IMG/VR virus record: IMGVR_UViG_3300031813_000003
Span: 151,975 to 215,974 of that record
Length of the DNA: 64,000 bases
Source: a virus
Taxonomy: Duplodnaviria; Caudoviricetes
Reading direction: 5' to 3' (one strand)
The stretch's first letter is position 1, and the number at the start of each line of letters is the position of its first letter. Shown here piece by piece: positions 9,422-19,174 of this stretch. A program made the translations under genes and the position numbers. Under the pieces are notes generated by a model, which worked only from the letters and a program-made list of their open reading frames with translations, was not told where the DNA came from and ran no database searches.

Positions 9422-10174
9422 CTTAGTTGATATACTCCATCCATTACAATTTAAAGTAGTTTGAGGTCTAATCCTGTTACCTTTAGTTAATTTAGGAATA
9501 GAAATACTACCTTTATCGATATATTTTGGGAAAATATTTTTGGATAGTTTATGTTCATCACAAAAATTATAAAATGTTCCTTGTATTATATACATCACAC
9601 CTTTTGGATTTGTTATAAATAAAGTTCGTTTGCTTTTTCTCAAATTTAATTTATGTTCTTCTGTCTGTGGTTTTGATATTCCCTTAGTTCGAACTGATTT
9701 TTTAATTTTAGTTTCTTCTGATACAACATAACCACCATTTTTAATTCTAGTTTCCTTTGCTTTTGAGGCTTTAGTTATACGTTGGTCTGTTAACATATTG
9801 GTTTTTGATCCATTGTTAAGTTGGCCTTTAGCTAGACCTTTTTCTTTCCTTGTTTTGGAAAGTTTCATAACAGATTCTAGAGAATAGGTTCTACCAATAG
9901 AATAGTGTTTACCTCCTGTCACTTGGTTATAAGTATCAGGTCTAGAAATGAACCATTTATCAACAATTTGCTCTTCTAATTCATATGCATGATCAGAATC
10001 AACACAATAATGAAGTATTTGGCATTTAAAGTTACGTTTTTTATATTTTCTAAAAGCATTTTTGATGCCTATTCCCGAACCTTTATACCCATCATTAAGG
10101 TTATAAGTTTCATGAACACCAACATAGATTTTACCATTAATAAGATTTGTTGTGAGATATACTATATGATACAT
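9407..10174 (-). CDS. Seg-like GIY-YIG homing endonuclease
   Basis: VYLTTNLINGKIYVGVH...YKGSG...YN; NUMOD-like repeats. Confidence 0.88.
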   Translation of the reverse strand: MYHIVYLTTNLINGKIYVGVHETYNLNDGYKGSGIGIKNAFRKYKKRNFKCQILHYCVDSDHAYELEEQIVDKWFISRPDTYNQVTGGKHYSIGRTYSLESVMKLSKTRKEKGLAKGQLNNGSKTNMLTDQRITKASKAKETRIKNGGYVVSEETKIKKSVRTKGISKPQTEEHKLNLRKSKRTLFITNPKGVMYIIQGTFYNFCDEHKLSKNIFPKYIDKGSISIPKLTKGNRIRPQTTLNCNGWSISTKSPLC

Positions 10175-10305
10175 ACTTTGATTTCTCCTGTAACTTTAAA
10201 CAGATATGAGAGGGACAGCAGTTTCTCCTGACTGTTTCCATTCTGTTCCACCAGATGGATTACCTGTTCAATAGTATTTATACAAAATAAAATTAAGGAT
10301 AAGAT

Positions 10306-10905
10306 GTGAAAATTACTTTAGATATGGATGATGTCCTCCTTCCATTTGTAGAATCATGGAATAAATGGCTTTTTGAAACAGGCAGAACAAATACAATCCT
10401 ATTGACAGAAGATGTTCTTTCATGGACTTGGCATGTAGATAACTTTGGAACAGAAAGTTTAGACTATTTTCTTAATACTCCTTCCAATCCATATAGTACA
10501 GTTAAACCATATACTGGAGCAAAGGAATTCATTAATTACTGTATCAAAAACTTCGAAGATGTTGAGATACTAACTTCATGCGTCAATTCAGATTCCTTTC
10601 AAGAAAAACTCAAATTTTGTGAAAGAGAATTTGAGTTTGACCGTGTGATCCCATGTTACACAAGGGCAGACAAATTCAAGAAAACAAAAGACAGAGTTCT
10701 TATCGATGATTATCCAGCACAGATCATCAATCATGTAGCACATAACAATTCCCCAGGCATCATCTTCAACAAGCAACAAAAATATGGATGGGGGAGGTTA
10801 CAAGATTATAAGACTATGATTGATGAAATGACCCCTGATATGAATCTGTTACATGTTGCCAGCAACTACGGTGATGTAATAAAACAATTAGAGGTCATTA
10901 AATGA
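10306..10905 (+). CDS. 5'(3')-deoxyribonucleotidase (HAD family)
   Basis: LDMDDVL, LTS, K and LIDD motifs. Confidence 0.82.
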   Translation: MKITLDMDDVLLPFVESWNKWLFETGRTNTILLTEDVLSWTWHVDNFGTESLDYFLNTPSNPYSTVKPYTGAKEFINYCIKNFEDVEILTSCVNSDSFQEKLKFCEREFEFDRVIPCYTRADKFKKTKDRVLIDDYPAQIINHVAHNNSPGIIFNKQQKYGWGRLQDYKTMIDEMTPDMNLLHVASNYGDVIKQLEVIK

Positions 10906-11672
10906 AAACACTAGTAGCATATTGTGGTCGCCTTGGAAGTGGTAAAAATTATCAGATGATGAAACAAGTTGATCAGTTAAAAGATACAGGACATACAATC
11001 TATCTGGTTTCTTTTGCTGACCCTATCAAAAAGATTCTATGTGATTCTTTTGGTCTAACAAAAGCAGGTAAAGACCCTGAGTTTGAGATTACTTTACTTT
11101 CAAGAAATTTTGTTAAATTACAAGTAGTTGAACCATTAATAAACTTGGCATTTGAAATTAATCCATTTGGCAATCTTGGAAAAATTTCACAAGAAGTTAC
11201 GGAAATATATAACAAACACGAAGATGAGTTTTATGCTTATGTGTTTGGTGCTATAGCAGGATTTGATCTAGAGCGACCTTCAATTGGAGTTGATTACAAC
11301 TATGCTTTCCGTAGGTTGGGTCAAATGTTGGGAACAGAACTTGGAAGAGCAGTCAAGGATACAATTTGGATTGATCTTGCTATCAATAGGGTGAAGACAG
11401 TATTTGAGTCCGATCTTGCTGATTATGCATTCATTGCTGATTGTCGATTTATGAATGAATATTATGCGGTAAATGATTTCAAATACAATACAAAGTATGA
11501 TAGTAAAGTTTATGGTGTTCAGGCAACAGATGAAACAAGATCACTTAGACGAAAACTATCCCTAGAAGAACTTAAAAGACAAGACCAACATGGGTCAGAG
11601 GTTGAAGTAGATAGTATCATTGCCCTACTTCCAGAAGATTATGTGATTGATAATAACAGTAAAGGTGAATAA
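10902..11672 (+). CDS. deoxynucleoside monophosphate kinase (T4 gp1-like)
   Basis: GRLGSGK, SFADPIK, R..Q.LGTE.GR, DCRFMNE, HGSE. Confidence 0.88.
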   Translation: MKTLVAYCGRLGSGKNYQMMKQVDQLKDTGHTIYLVSFADPIKKILCDSFGLTKAGKDPEFEITLLSRNFVKLQVVEPLINLAFEINPFGNLGKISQEVTEIYNKHEDEFYAYVFGAIAGFDLERPSIGVDYNYAFRRLGQMLGTELGRAVKDTIWIDLAINRVKTVFESDLADYAFIADCRFMNEYYAVNDFKYNTKYDSKVYGVQATDETRSLRRKLSLEELKRQDQHGSEVEVDSIIALLPEDYVIDNNSKGE

Positions 11673-11674
11673 AT

Positions 11675-11869
11675 ATGAATTTTGTAATTGTCTCATTTAT
11701 AATTAGAGTGTTTTGGTATATGATTGTATTCACTCTTGGGGATAAATATCTGGTTGAGTCATATCCTTGTACTTGTATGATGTTCGGTGCTGTGTCGTGT
11801 TTGTTAGTTAATGGACTGGTTAACTTTATAGAAGATGTAGGTAATTTTCAAGATGGTGAAATTTATTAA
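11675..11869 (+). CDS. small membrane protein
   Basis: Two hydrophobic segments. Confidence 0.5.
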   Translation: MNFVIVSFIIRVFWYMIVFTLGDKYLVESYPCTCMMFGAVSCLLVNGLVNFIEDVGNFQDGEIY

Positions 11870-11940
11870 TTGACATAAAATCCTCTTTTTGGTAAGATGG
11901 ATCATAAGTTGATCACAAATCAAACCAAAGAGAGGTTTAC

Positions 11941-12603
11941 ATGTTGACTTTCAAGAACTTACCTTTACTTACCGCTCATGCTCCTTCCATTACTGGTGAT
12001 AGGGCGAAGTTTATCAACGAGACAAAGCGTGTTGTTGAACTGAAATCCCTTGAGGATATCAACATCGAAATTGAAGTTTCCAAACGGTGTAAACGTGTTG
12101 CGGGAAATATCACCACCAAAGGGTTAGGAAGATTACTGATTGAAAGGCCCTCGCAATACAGCAAAGCAATGCTGAAAAGGCTGATCGGAATAAAAAGAAA
12201 AGAAGCACTCAAAAACTGTAAAAACTTCAAAATCAATGTGTCATATGATTACTACATTGAATTTGGGATTGATCGTATCATTGGTACCCTGCGTCATGAA
12301 ATCGCACACCTGATCACCTGTATCACTGTGGGTGAAATGAATCATGACTCTCTCTTCAAAAGAATTTGTGTTGAGCTTGGCGGAACCATGAATGAACAGA
12401 TGGCAGGACGTACTTATGCTGCTTCTGCTTCTGCTGAGTATGTTAGGGGAAACATCAAAGGGTATAAGTATGTTTATACTTGTGCTTGTGGTGCTACCAT
12501 ATCTCGCAAAGTAAGAATACAAGATCGGACGAAAAAAGCTAAGTGTTGTTCTAAATGTAGAACCAATCTTGGACTCTGGAAAGAAGAAAAGGTTGCCGTA
12601 TGA
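11941..12603 (+). CDS. SprT-like zinc metalloprotease
   Basis: HEIAH...H...F; C-terminal YxCxC...CxxC; early promoter at 11870. Confidence 0.85.
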   Translation: MLTFKNLPLLTAHAPSITGDRAKFINETKRVVELKSLEDINIEIEVSKRCKRVAGNITTKGLGRLLIERPSQYSKAMLKRLIGIKRKEALKNCKNFKINVSYDYYIEFGIDRIIGTLRHEIAHLITCITVGEMNHDSLFKRICVELGGTMNEQMAGRTYAASASAEYVRGNIKGYKYVYTCACGATISRKVRIQDRTKKAKCCSKCRTNLGLWKEEKVAV

Positions 12604-12908
12604 ATAATAGATTCAATATGTTTACTGTTAGTAAGAGATTTTTTATAGAAACTCTTAGTAGAAGAAATCTCAGGGAACAGGTTTATATCTCAAATCATTT
12701 CGTCAATCGTTACAATGAAAGAAGATTAGACCCAGGAGAAGTTCATAAACTTTTAAACAAATTCGCAGATCATGTATGTGAAATCTTATATGAATTTGAA
12801 GTTGGGAACAAACCAAAAGTGGAGTATGGCAACTTGGTGTTGCAACTGTCTTACAATGGGAATAAACTCATTTTCATGACAGTATATGATAAAACCGTAA
12901 GAGATTAA
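12600..12908 (+). CDS. hypothetical protein
   Basis: ORF; SNHFVNRYNER...TVY resembles RelE/Barnase-like small RNases (weak). Confidence 0.55.
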   Translation: MNNRFNMFTVSKRFFIETLSRRNLREQVYISNHFVNRYNERRLDPGEVHKLLNKFADHVCEILYEFEVGNKPKVEYGNLVLQLSYNGNKLIFMTVYDKTVRD

Positions 12909-13074
12909 AACAAAGGAGAAACAAAAAATGAAAAAGCCTGAACCTATTTGTCTCTGCAAGACCTGTGGTAAATCTTCAAATGCAGGAAATAGCTGCCTCT
13001 ATGAAGAAAAAGAAAGGATGGCAGCATGTCCTTCATTTATCCGAATGAAGACAAAGAAAACTGTTAAGAAGTAA

Positions 13075-13521
13075 ATGGCAAAGCAGTTTGATCCACAGTT
13101 GCATAAGGACAATGACCCTAGGGGTAGAGCTAAAGCAATTGAAATTCTATCCACTGTTGCCAAGGGTAAAATAATCGAAGAATCAAAATCCAAATATGAT
13201 ATTGATTTGACAATCAGAAATCAAGATGGTTCAATTTGTTGTTATGTAGAGGTTGAAGTCAAAAACTCTGGTTGGTATCAAAAAGATAGTTTCCCATTTG
13301 CACACGATGGGATCGATATTCCATACAGAAAGAAGAAGTTCTTCGAAGGTGAGGGCATCAGGAAATACATGCTCTTCAATTCTGGTTTAACTGCTTATTT
13401 CTTATTGGATAAATCAGATATTATCAATTGCCCTGTAGTCAGGAAAGATACGTGGAACGAGAAAAATGATCTGTTCTACAGGGTTCCATACAAACCAGAG
13501 TTTTTGAAAAACAAATTTTGA
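13075..13521 (+). CDS. PD-(D/E)XK nuclease-like protein
   Basis: YDIDL...VEVEVK. Confidence 0.6.
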   Translation: MAKQFDPQLHKDNDPRGRAKAIEILSTVAKGKIIEESKSKYDIDLTIRNQDGSICCYVEVEVKNSGWYQKDSFPFAHDGIDIPYRKKKFFEGEGIRKYMLFNSGLTAYFLLDKSDIINCPVVRKDTWNEKNDLFYRVPYKPEFLKNKF

Positions 13522-13591
13522 TTTTTAAATTGACAGTTAAATGATCTTCTGGTAGATTGTTATTACATTCTACGACAAAGGAGATTACAAA

Positions 13592-13909
13592 ATGAAAAAA
13601 GTCATCAACAAGGGTAACTGGTCTGGTGAAACTGTTGAAATCTCTTTCGTAAAGAACGTTTTATCTTTGCCTAACATTGGTAAATTCAACATCATTGAAA
13701 CCAGTTCCAAGGAAATGAAATCTTTGGGATTTACCGAGTTCTCTGTTGTTGGAACAGCTGACTCTGATTTCAACGGTGTAGAACTAGTGAAAGTTACTGG
13801 TATGCTCTGGAGAGGGAAAACTGATTACACCGCAGAGAAATATGGTTGTGTTATCTACGGTGAAGAAATGGTTGTTGTCGCAGCACAAATGTTGTATAGC
13901 ATAATTTAA
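13592..13909 (+). CDS. hypothetical early protein
   Basis: Promoter at 13530 plus SD. Confidence 0.7.
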   Translation: MKKVINKGNWSGETVEISFVKNVLSLPNIGKFNIIETSSKEMKSLGFTEFSVVGTADSDFNGVELVKVTGMLWRGKTDYTAEKYGCVIYGEEMVVVAAQMLYSII

Positions 13910-13924
13910 TCCAAAGGAGACGAA

Positions 13925-14134
13925 ATGGAATACAAAGCTTGCATCATGCTTGATGGTGAAGAATTCGTAGTTTTAACTGACGATGGTTCTAATTTCACCG
14001 AAAAAGAAGCAATGAATTTCTGTGAAGTTTATAGTAAGTCTGAAGCTATTTATTACATTAATACCGATAAAGGTATCCTTAGTATCCCAAATCTTCAGAA
14101 TAAAAACGTCTACTTCATCTGCAAACCAATCTAA
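13925..14134 (+). CDS. hypothetical protein
   Basis: SD AAGGAG. Confidence 0.65.
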   Translation: MEYKACIMLDGEEFVVLTDDGSNFTEKEAMNFCEVYSKSEAIYYINTDKGILSIPNLQNKNVYFICKPI

Positions 14135-14144
14135 GGAGAGTAAA

Positions 14145-14492
14145 ATGTATCATAATGTTCGTGACTCCAAAGGACGCTTCACAACTGGAACTTCACAAAG
14201 TGGAACCATGTTGACTACCCCTCCATTGACAGGGGCATTCGATCCTACACAGTCTAAAAAGGACTTCTATCTGGACAAATTGAAGCATGGAGTATACACG
14301 GTTACCCATGAACGTAAAAACGGTATTACAGCCACAAATTCGTTCACTCTGCTCCCTGCTTACCTTACCGGATACGTTGGTAAGGGTTCTTCGAAATCTG
14401 CTCCTTCTGACCTGATTTTCGCTTATGAGATCAATGATCAGAGATTCTATGGAATCGATGTGAATTCAATCTCCTACTTCGAAGAAGAATAA
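14145..14492 (+). CDS. hypothetical protein, C-terminal SH3/WYL-like domain
   Basis: RDSKGRF N-terminal motif; SH3-like beta pattern. Confidence 0.55.
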   Translation: MYHNVRDSKGRFTTGTSQSGTMLTTPPLTGAFDPTQSKKDFYLDKLKHGVYTVTHERKNGITATNSFTLLPAYLTGYVGKGSSKSAPSDLIFAYEINDQRFYGIDVNSISYFEEE

Positions 14493-14886
14493 ATGTTTGT
14501 ACTAAGACATTACAATATACCAACTGCATACAATTGTACTCACTGTTTGGCTAAAGGAGTACAACACGAAGTGATTGATGTACCTGGGCCTCCAACTACA
14601 AGTAGTTCATGTTGGGGAGCAGGGATACCAACTATATTCAAAGAGTGTACTGGTTGTGGTGATCGTGATGGAGGTTGGGTTAACGCCGATTTTGTGGAGG
14701 GTTGATATGAAACCATTCTTCATTAACCACAGCCATTTAATGGCAATACTGGAAACATATATGAAAGATACAAAACAGATCAAGCAGAATGAATATGTTG
14801 CTGGAATGTGGGAAGATACCAAAGGTGGAGAAATCATTTATGGTTTCAATATTGAGGTATATAAAAACTAATAAAGGAATCTATTC

Positions 14887-15117
14887 ATGGGTAAGCACAA
14901 TAAGAAACATGTTCCATCGACACTATTCCCTACCAAAATGAGGTTGGGAACTCTAGAGGAATGTGAAGCTGCTCTAAACGAAGCAAAAGAGTGGTTAGAG
15001 TGCGCTTCCAGATCAGCACCGTTTGCTACCTATGATTCAAGTTGTAGACTTGCCGTAGCTGAATATGTTGCAAATAAAGCAGGGTATACAATTTACGATT
15101 GTAGAGAAGATAAATAA
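14887..15117 (+). CDS. hypothetical protein
   Basis: ORF with SD. Confidence 0.6.
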   Translation: MGKHNKKHVPSTLFPTKMRLGTLEECEAALNEAKEWLECASRSAPFATYDSSCRLAVAEYVANKAGYTIYDCREDK

Positions 15118-15192
15118 ATTTGTAATTTAAATTGACAACTAAATAGAAGTATGGTAGAGTGGTTTTATTGATACACAAAATGTTTAGTGTAT

Positions 15193-15482
15193 CTCGGCTT
15201 GCTTATCTGCTGCGGTTGGTAAACGAACGGGATTCACTACCAATGAGCTTGAGACTTAGATGGGGAACCGAAGCTAAGAAGTCAATCAGGGAACTGGAGC
15301 CAAAGTATCGGCGTAGAAGGTGATGATCTGAATGGTGTTAATCACTAACTGACTTTAAATTAGGAACGCACTCATTGGATTATGCAGTAAGGTTCTGAAT
15401 CACCTTGGGTAATCCCGAAAGATTTATATTTCGAATCTATCATTACATAGGATCAACTCACCTAGGGTAGACCCAAAACGAG
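15193..15482 (+). ncRNA. unknown ~290-nt structured ncRNA
   Basis: ORF-free, behind promoter 15132; pairings CGGGATT/AATCCCG, CCAATGAG/CTCATTGG, AAGGTGAT/ATCACCTT. Confidence 0.55.
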
Positions 15483-15653
15483 TTTTTAAATTTATTTTGA
15501 ATTAAAGTTGACAAGCATAAATAAGTATGATAGAATGTTTTAAGTAAGATGAAAACGAATTAAATGTGTGATCTGCTTCATGTAAGCCTCCCATTTATTC
15601 TGTTTAAATCCACTACAAAAATATTTTACTAAATAGTAGTATAAGATATAAAT

Positions 15654-15727
15654 GTGTCGTTAGTTCAATGGTAGAGCAACAGGCTGTAACCCTGTTAATG
15701 GTGGTTCGAGTCCATCACGGCGCACCA
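15654..15727 (+). tRNA. tRNA-Tyr(GTA), short variable loop
   Basis: Cloverleaf; ACAGG CTGTAAC CCTGT; CCA. Confidence 0.88.
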
Positions 15728-15738
15728 AAATTTAATAT

Positions 15739-15818
15739 GCGGGTAGCACTTAGGCATGAGGTATGTCAGTAGCCTTCCAAGCTATCGTTAAGGTGTTCGA
15801 TTCACCCTATCCGCTCCA
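15739..15818 (+). tRNA. tRNA-Gly(TCC)
   Basis: GTAGC CTTCCAA GCTAT; TCCA end. Confidence 0.85.
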
Positions 15819-15888
15819 TAAATTTAACAGCAAATTTATTTTGCTAAATACTATCATAAGAAGTATAAATTTGAAAAGAGGAACCGTT

Positions 15889-16041
15889 ATGAAACAATTT
15901 GAGTCAAGATCACAGATAGCAGCACAATGGCATACAATGCCCATGTCCCTCTGCGCCATGACTCCGGTTCTATCCTTAGATGCAGTAGCACAAAAAAATA
16001 ATAATGATATTCGCTTTAATAGCGAGGTAACCCTCACTTAA
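15889..16041 (+). CDS. putative leader peptide before a terminator and the tRNA array
   Basis: SD GAGG; 50 codons; followed by an intrinsic terminator. Confidence 0.45.
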   Translation: MKQFESRSQIAAQWHTMPMSLCAMTPVLSLDAVAQKNNNDIRFNSEVTLT

Positions 16042-16068
16042 AGTATGTCAACAGAAAAGTATTAAGAG

Positions 16069-16107
16069 AATCCTCTTGACTTAACTGTTAAGAGGATTTT
16101 TAGTTTT
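16069..16107 (+). terminator. intrinsic terminator inside the tRNA cluster
   Basis: AATCCTCTTGAC/GTTAAGAGGATT plus T-tract. Confidence 0.7.
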
Positions 16108-16109
16108 AT

Positions 16110-16184
16110 GCACCGTGAGTCAGCAGGAGTGGACATTAGCCTTTCAAGCTAAGTAGATGGGATCGATACCCATACGGTGTACCA
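16110..16184 (+). tRNA. tRNA-Glu(TTC)
   Basis: TTAGC CTTTCAA GCTAA; CCA. Confidence 0.88.
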
Positions 16185-16280
16185 AAAGTTAATAGTGAGA
16201 GGGGTAAATCGGGTGTGAACTTCTAGTGTCGTTAGGTCACACTAATTACACAGATTCCGTAAATCCTCCATTAAAATTAT

Positions 16281-16353
16281 ACTCAGATCGTCTAAAGTAG
16301 GATGCTCCATGTTGAGGGAGTGACGAAGTGGTAACGTACTTCTCTGAGTGCCA
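16281..16353 (+). tRNA. atypical tRNA (Asn-like, 8-nt anticodon loop, GGTAACGT T-loop)
   Basis: ACTCAGA/TCTGAGT GCCA. Confidence 0.6.
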
Positions 16354-16367
16354 AAATTAAATATTAT

Positions 16368-16442
16368 CAATGTGTAGGCTAAAGGCTAGTCGCTACGTTT
16401 GGGGCGTAGATCATGCAGGTTCGATCCCTGTCACACTGACCA
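16368..16442 (+). tRNA. tRNA-Pro(TGG)
   Basis: CTACG TTTGGGG CGTAG; CCA. Confidence 0.88.
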
Positions 16443-16447
16443 AATTT

Positions 16448-16521
16448 GGGGCATTAGTTTAACGGGAAAACGTTGGCCTTGCAAGTCGAAGACAGGAGTT
16501 CGATTCTCCTATGCTCCACCA
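16448..16521 (+). tRNA. tRNA-Ala(TGC)
   Basis: G3:U70 pair; CTTGCAA loop. Confidence 0.9.
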
Positions 16522-16534
16522 ATTTTAGTAACAT

Positions 16535-16610
16535 CAGCTAATGTGATAATCTGGTAGTCGCCCTGATCTGGAATCAGGAGGTTTCGGTTCAAATCCGAAT
16601 TAGCTGACCA
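16535..16610 (+). tRNA. tRNA-Pro(TGG), C33
   Basis: CCTGA TCTGGAA TCAGG; CCA. Confidence 0.8.
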
Positions 16611-16695
16611 ATTTTGAAGTCTACTCACAAGGGTATAACTGAGTGGCGTAAGTCTGACAGAGACACAAAGTGTGCCAGAACTTTGATTAACAAAT

Positions 16696-16770
16696 GGTCT
16701 ATTGTTGTAGTGGTAGCAATACTAGCTTGTCAAGCTTGAGGCGAGGGTTCGATTCCCTCATAGATCGCCA
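16696..16770 (+). tRNA. tRNA-Asp(GTC)
   Basis: TTGTCAA loop; GCCA. Confidence 0.88.
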
Positions 16771-16939
16771 AACAAAGGAATGAAATGTCTTCATATTACA
16801 CATGGGCAAAAAGACCTAACAGCACTACATTTGAATCAGTTGCTATGTTAGATGATTACTTTGGCCCATACAGATACGGTGTGATGTTTAATGATGGTAA
16901 AGTTTATCCAGTAAATGAATGTGAAGTAAAAACACTATG

Positions 16940-17085
16940 TGGTTAGATGAACCAATATCATTAGATATACACCATAAAGATGGTAACAATAAAAAACAAT
17001 GATATTGATAATACTGAATTACTTTGTCCTAATTGTCATAGAATGACTGATAATTTTGGTTTTAAAGGTAAAACACATAAAAAAT
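16940..17085 (+). pseudogene. degenerate HNH endonuclease remnant
   Basis: PISLDIHHKDGN, then a frameshift into NNDIDNTELLCPNCH. Confidence 0.65.
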
Positions 17086-17086
17086 T

Positions 17087-17160
17087 GGCCGATAAACATA
17101 AAATTAATGTGCTAGGTTCTGAGCCTAGAAAAGAGGGCGAGTTACCTTCATCGGTTGCCA
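17087..17160 (+). tRNA. tRNA-Gln(CTG)
   Basis: CTAGG TTCTGAG CCTAG; GCCA. Confidence 0.8.
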
Positions 17161-17164
17161 ATAT

Positions 17165-17238
17165 AGGGGATTAGCATAAAAGTAATGTTACAGCCTTTGA
17201 AGCTGAAGAAAGAGGGGCAGTACCTCTATCCTTTGCCA
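17165..17238 (+). tRNA. tRNA-Gln(TTG)
   Basis: CAGC CTTTGAA GCTG; GCCA. Confidence 0.8.
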
Positions 17239-17247
17239 ATTAAATGT

Positions 17248-17333
17248 TCCCTAGTGGTGAAATGGCAGCCACAGCACACTGTTAATGTGCCGCAGAAATG
17301 CAATTGTTCGTTCAAGTCGGACCTAGGGAGCCA
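17248..17333 (+). tRNA. tRNA-Asn(GTT), long variable arm
   Basis: GCACA CTGTTAA TGTGC; GCA-GAAA-TGC arm. Confidence 0.85.
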
Positions 17334-17350
17334 AAAATTAAATAGAACAT

Positions 17351-17443
17351 TCCCTCGTACTCTAACTGGCAAGAGGAACGGCTGTTAACCGTTTGTAATC
17401 CACCTTGAGTGGTATCCCTGTTCGACTCAGGGCGAGGGAGCCA
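17351..17443 (+). tRNA. tRNA-Asn(GTT), long variable arm
   Basis: AACGG CTGTTAA CCGTT; CCAC/GTGG arm. Confidence 0.85.
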
Positions 17444-17444
17444 A

Positions 17445-17517
17445 TTTTGTGTAGTGTAGCGGTAGCACACTTGCCGCATTAAGGTGAGAAGGTCAGGTTC
17501 GAATCCTGACATAAGAG
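17445..17517 (+). tRNA. tRNA-like, anticodon ATT (Asn-like), no encoded CCA
   Basis: Canonical D and T arms; loop GCATTAA. Confidence 0.6.
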
Positions 17518-17528
17518 TTATAAATTAT

Positions 17529-17606
17529 GGATCGGTGATGTCAACGGATTAACATACTCGCCTTTTAAGCGATGATATCAGGGTTCGAATCCCTGTCGAT
17601 CCACCA
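17529..17606 (+). tRNA. tRNA-Lys(TTT)
   Basis: CTTTTAA loop; CCA. Confidence 0.87.
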
Positions 17607-17616
17607 AATAGTATAT

Positions 17617-17691
17617 GGGGTTAAAACATTAATAGTGATGTACTTGGTTCTTACCCAAGAGAAGAGGGAGCATTACCTTCTAGCCCTACCA
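17617..17691 (+). tRNA. tRNA-Lys(CTT)
   Basis: CTTGG TTCTTAC CCAAG; CCA. Confidence 0.82.
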
Positions 17692-17703
17692 AACAATTTA
17701 AAT

Positions 17704-17789
17704 GGACGCTTCACTCAACGGTAGAGTACCTGACTTTTAATCAGGAGAGGTTTACCTCATTATGGGTTCGATTCCCCTAGCGTTCACCA
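17704..17789 (+). tRNA. tRNA-Lys(TTT), long variable arm
   Basis: CCTGA CTTTTAA TCAGG; GAGG-TTTA-CCTC arm. Confidence 0.85.
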
Positions 17790-17795
17790 AATTAT

Positions 17796-17869
17796 CAGTT
17801 CAAAGTTGCAAAGCGTGATCCACTCATTGGGAGTGGAGGTCTTAGGGTAGCGTCTGAGTGAACTGACCA
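17796..17869 (+). tRNA. atypical tRNA (Pro-like acceptor, GGTAGCGT T-loop)
   Basis: CAGTTCA/TGAACTG ACCA; TCCACTC ATTGG GAGTGGA. Confidence 0.55.
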
Positions 17870-17878
17870 AAGTTTTAT

Positions 17879-17951
17879 GGAGTGATAGTATAAGCTGTGC
17901 AGCGTCCATGAAGGGACGTTAGAGAGGGGTAGCGTCCTTTATGCTCCACCA
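17879..17951 (+). tRNA. atypical tRNA (6-nt anticodon loop, GGTAGCGT T-loop)
   Basis: GGAG/CTCC ACCA; GCGTCC ATGAAG GGACGT. Confidence 0.5.
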
Positions 17952-17956
17952 AACAT

Positions 17957-18027
17957 GGCTGATCATCAAGGATGAGCGAATCCTCATAAGGTTTGTTAGG
18001 TAGGAGCGTTACCTACATCAGCTACCA
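17957..18027 (+). tRNA. tRNA-Met/Ile2(CAT)
   Basis: CTCATAA loop; ACCA. Confidence 0.75.
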
Positions 18028-18398
18028 AAATAAAATGTCAATTAAAATTGACAAGTGACTATAAAGTGTAGTAAGGTAGACAAATCAAAAGGAGAAACAA
18101 CTATGCATTCTTCTACAGTTGACAATCTACATAAGAAAAGTGTTGTCTCTGACATTGGTATCGGAGGGTGGAAGTGTAGATGTTGTGCATTCCCTAAAGA
18201 ACATATAAAAGAGTATAAACGTTTTGCAAAACACAGAGCTAAAAGAGAGAACAAAAAGTTTGATAGGATTGCAGAAGGTGATTAATTGTACTTCTGGAGA
18301 AAGAATCAGAGCAATTGTATTCATGTCTCAAATGAATATGAAGGATAACGAAACAAATTTCAATTTGATTATAAATCACTTTAGAGGAATTAACGAAA

Positions 18399-18800
18399 AT
18401 GACACTGATCGAACAAGTCAGAGCAGATAGAATCACAGCATTCAAAGCAAAGCAAAATATTAAGAAAGATGTACTTGGGTGTTTGATTGCAGATAGCTGT
18501 AAAGAAGTGAAAGAACCAGCAGATTCAAAAGTACTCGCAGTTATCAAGAAATTCATTGATGGTGCAGAGGAAATGAAAGCAGCAAGCCCTGATGGTTCCT
18601 TTGAGGAATTCAAAGCAATTCAGGAAATCGAAATCCTGAGCGCATATCGCCCTAAACAGCTGACTGACCTTGAAGTAAGGGGTATCATTGCTGACCTAGA
18701 GAAAATGGATTTAAAGGGCTATATGGGGCATTTCAAGGCCAATTACGAAGGTCTGTATGACGGTAAGATGGTTCGTGGGATTGCTGAAGAATTCATTTAA
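18399..18800 (+). CDS. YqeY/GatB-domain protein
   Basis: A.KAK...DSKVLAVIKK...EIEILSAYRPKQL...MG...DGK. Confidence 0.85.
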   Translation: MTLIEQVRADRITAFKAKQNIKKDVLGCLIADSCKEVKEPADSKVLAVIKKFIDGAEEMKAASPDGSFEEFKAIQEIEILSAYRPKQLTDLEVRGIIADLEKMDLKGYMGHFKANYEGLYDGKMVRGIAEEFI

Positions 18801-18929
18801 GAAATAATAAAGAAATTGGTAGGAGCGTCATTCCTTTAAATGTTACCTCAGAGAAAGGTAAAGCCTAACACAAAATATCTATCTAAATATTAATTATAAC
18901 AATAAGTTATAGTAATTTTAGTTGATGAA

Positions 18930-19174
18930 CAAGGTGGTCAAAACCTAAAACAAACAATGACCTATTTAAATATACTATGAATGGAAAAGTTAAATCATAT
19001 GCTCCAGATTTTTATCTTCCTAGTTATGATATCTATTTAGAAGTTAAGGGGTATTGGCGGGGAAATGATAAAGAAAAGATGAAATGTGTTATTGAGCAAC
19101 ATAGTGATAAGAAAATTATTATCATTGAGAAACAAGAATTTAATAAAATTTTGCAAGGTGAGCTAGTCTGGTGA
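18930..19174 (+). pseudogene. truncated PD-(D/E)XK homing endonuclease remnant overlapping tRNA-Phe
   Basis: YAPDFYLP...LEVKGYW...K; no N-terminal part. Confidence 0.6.
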
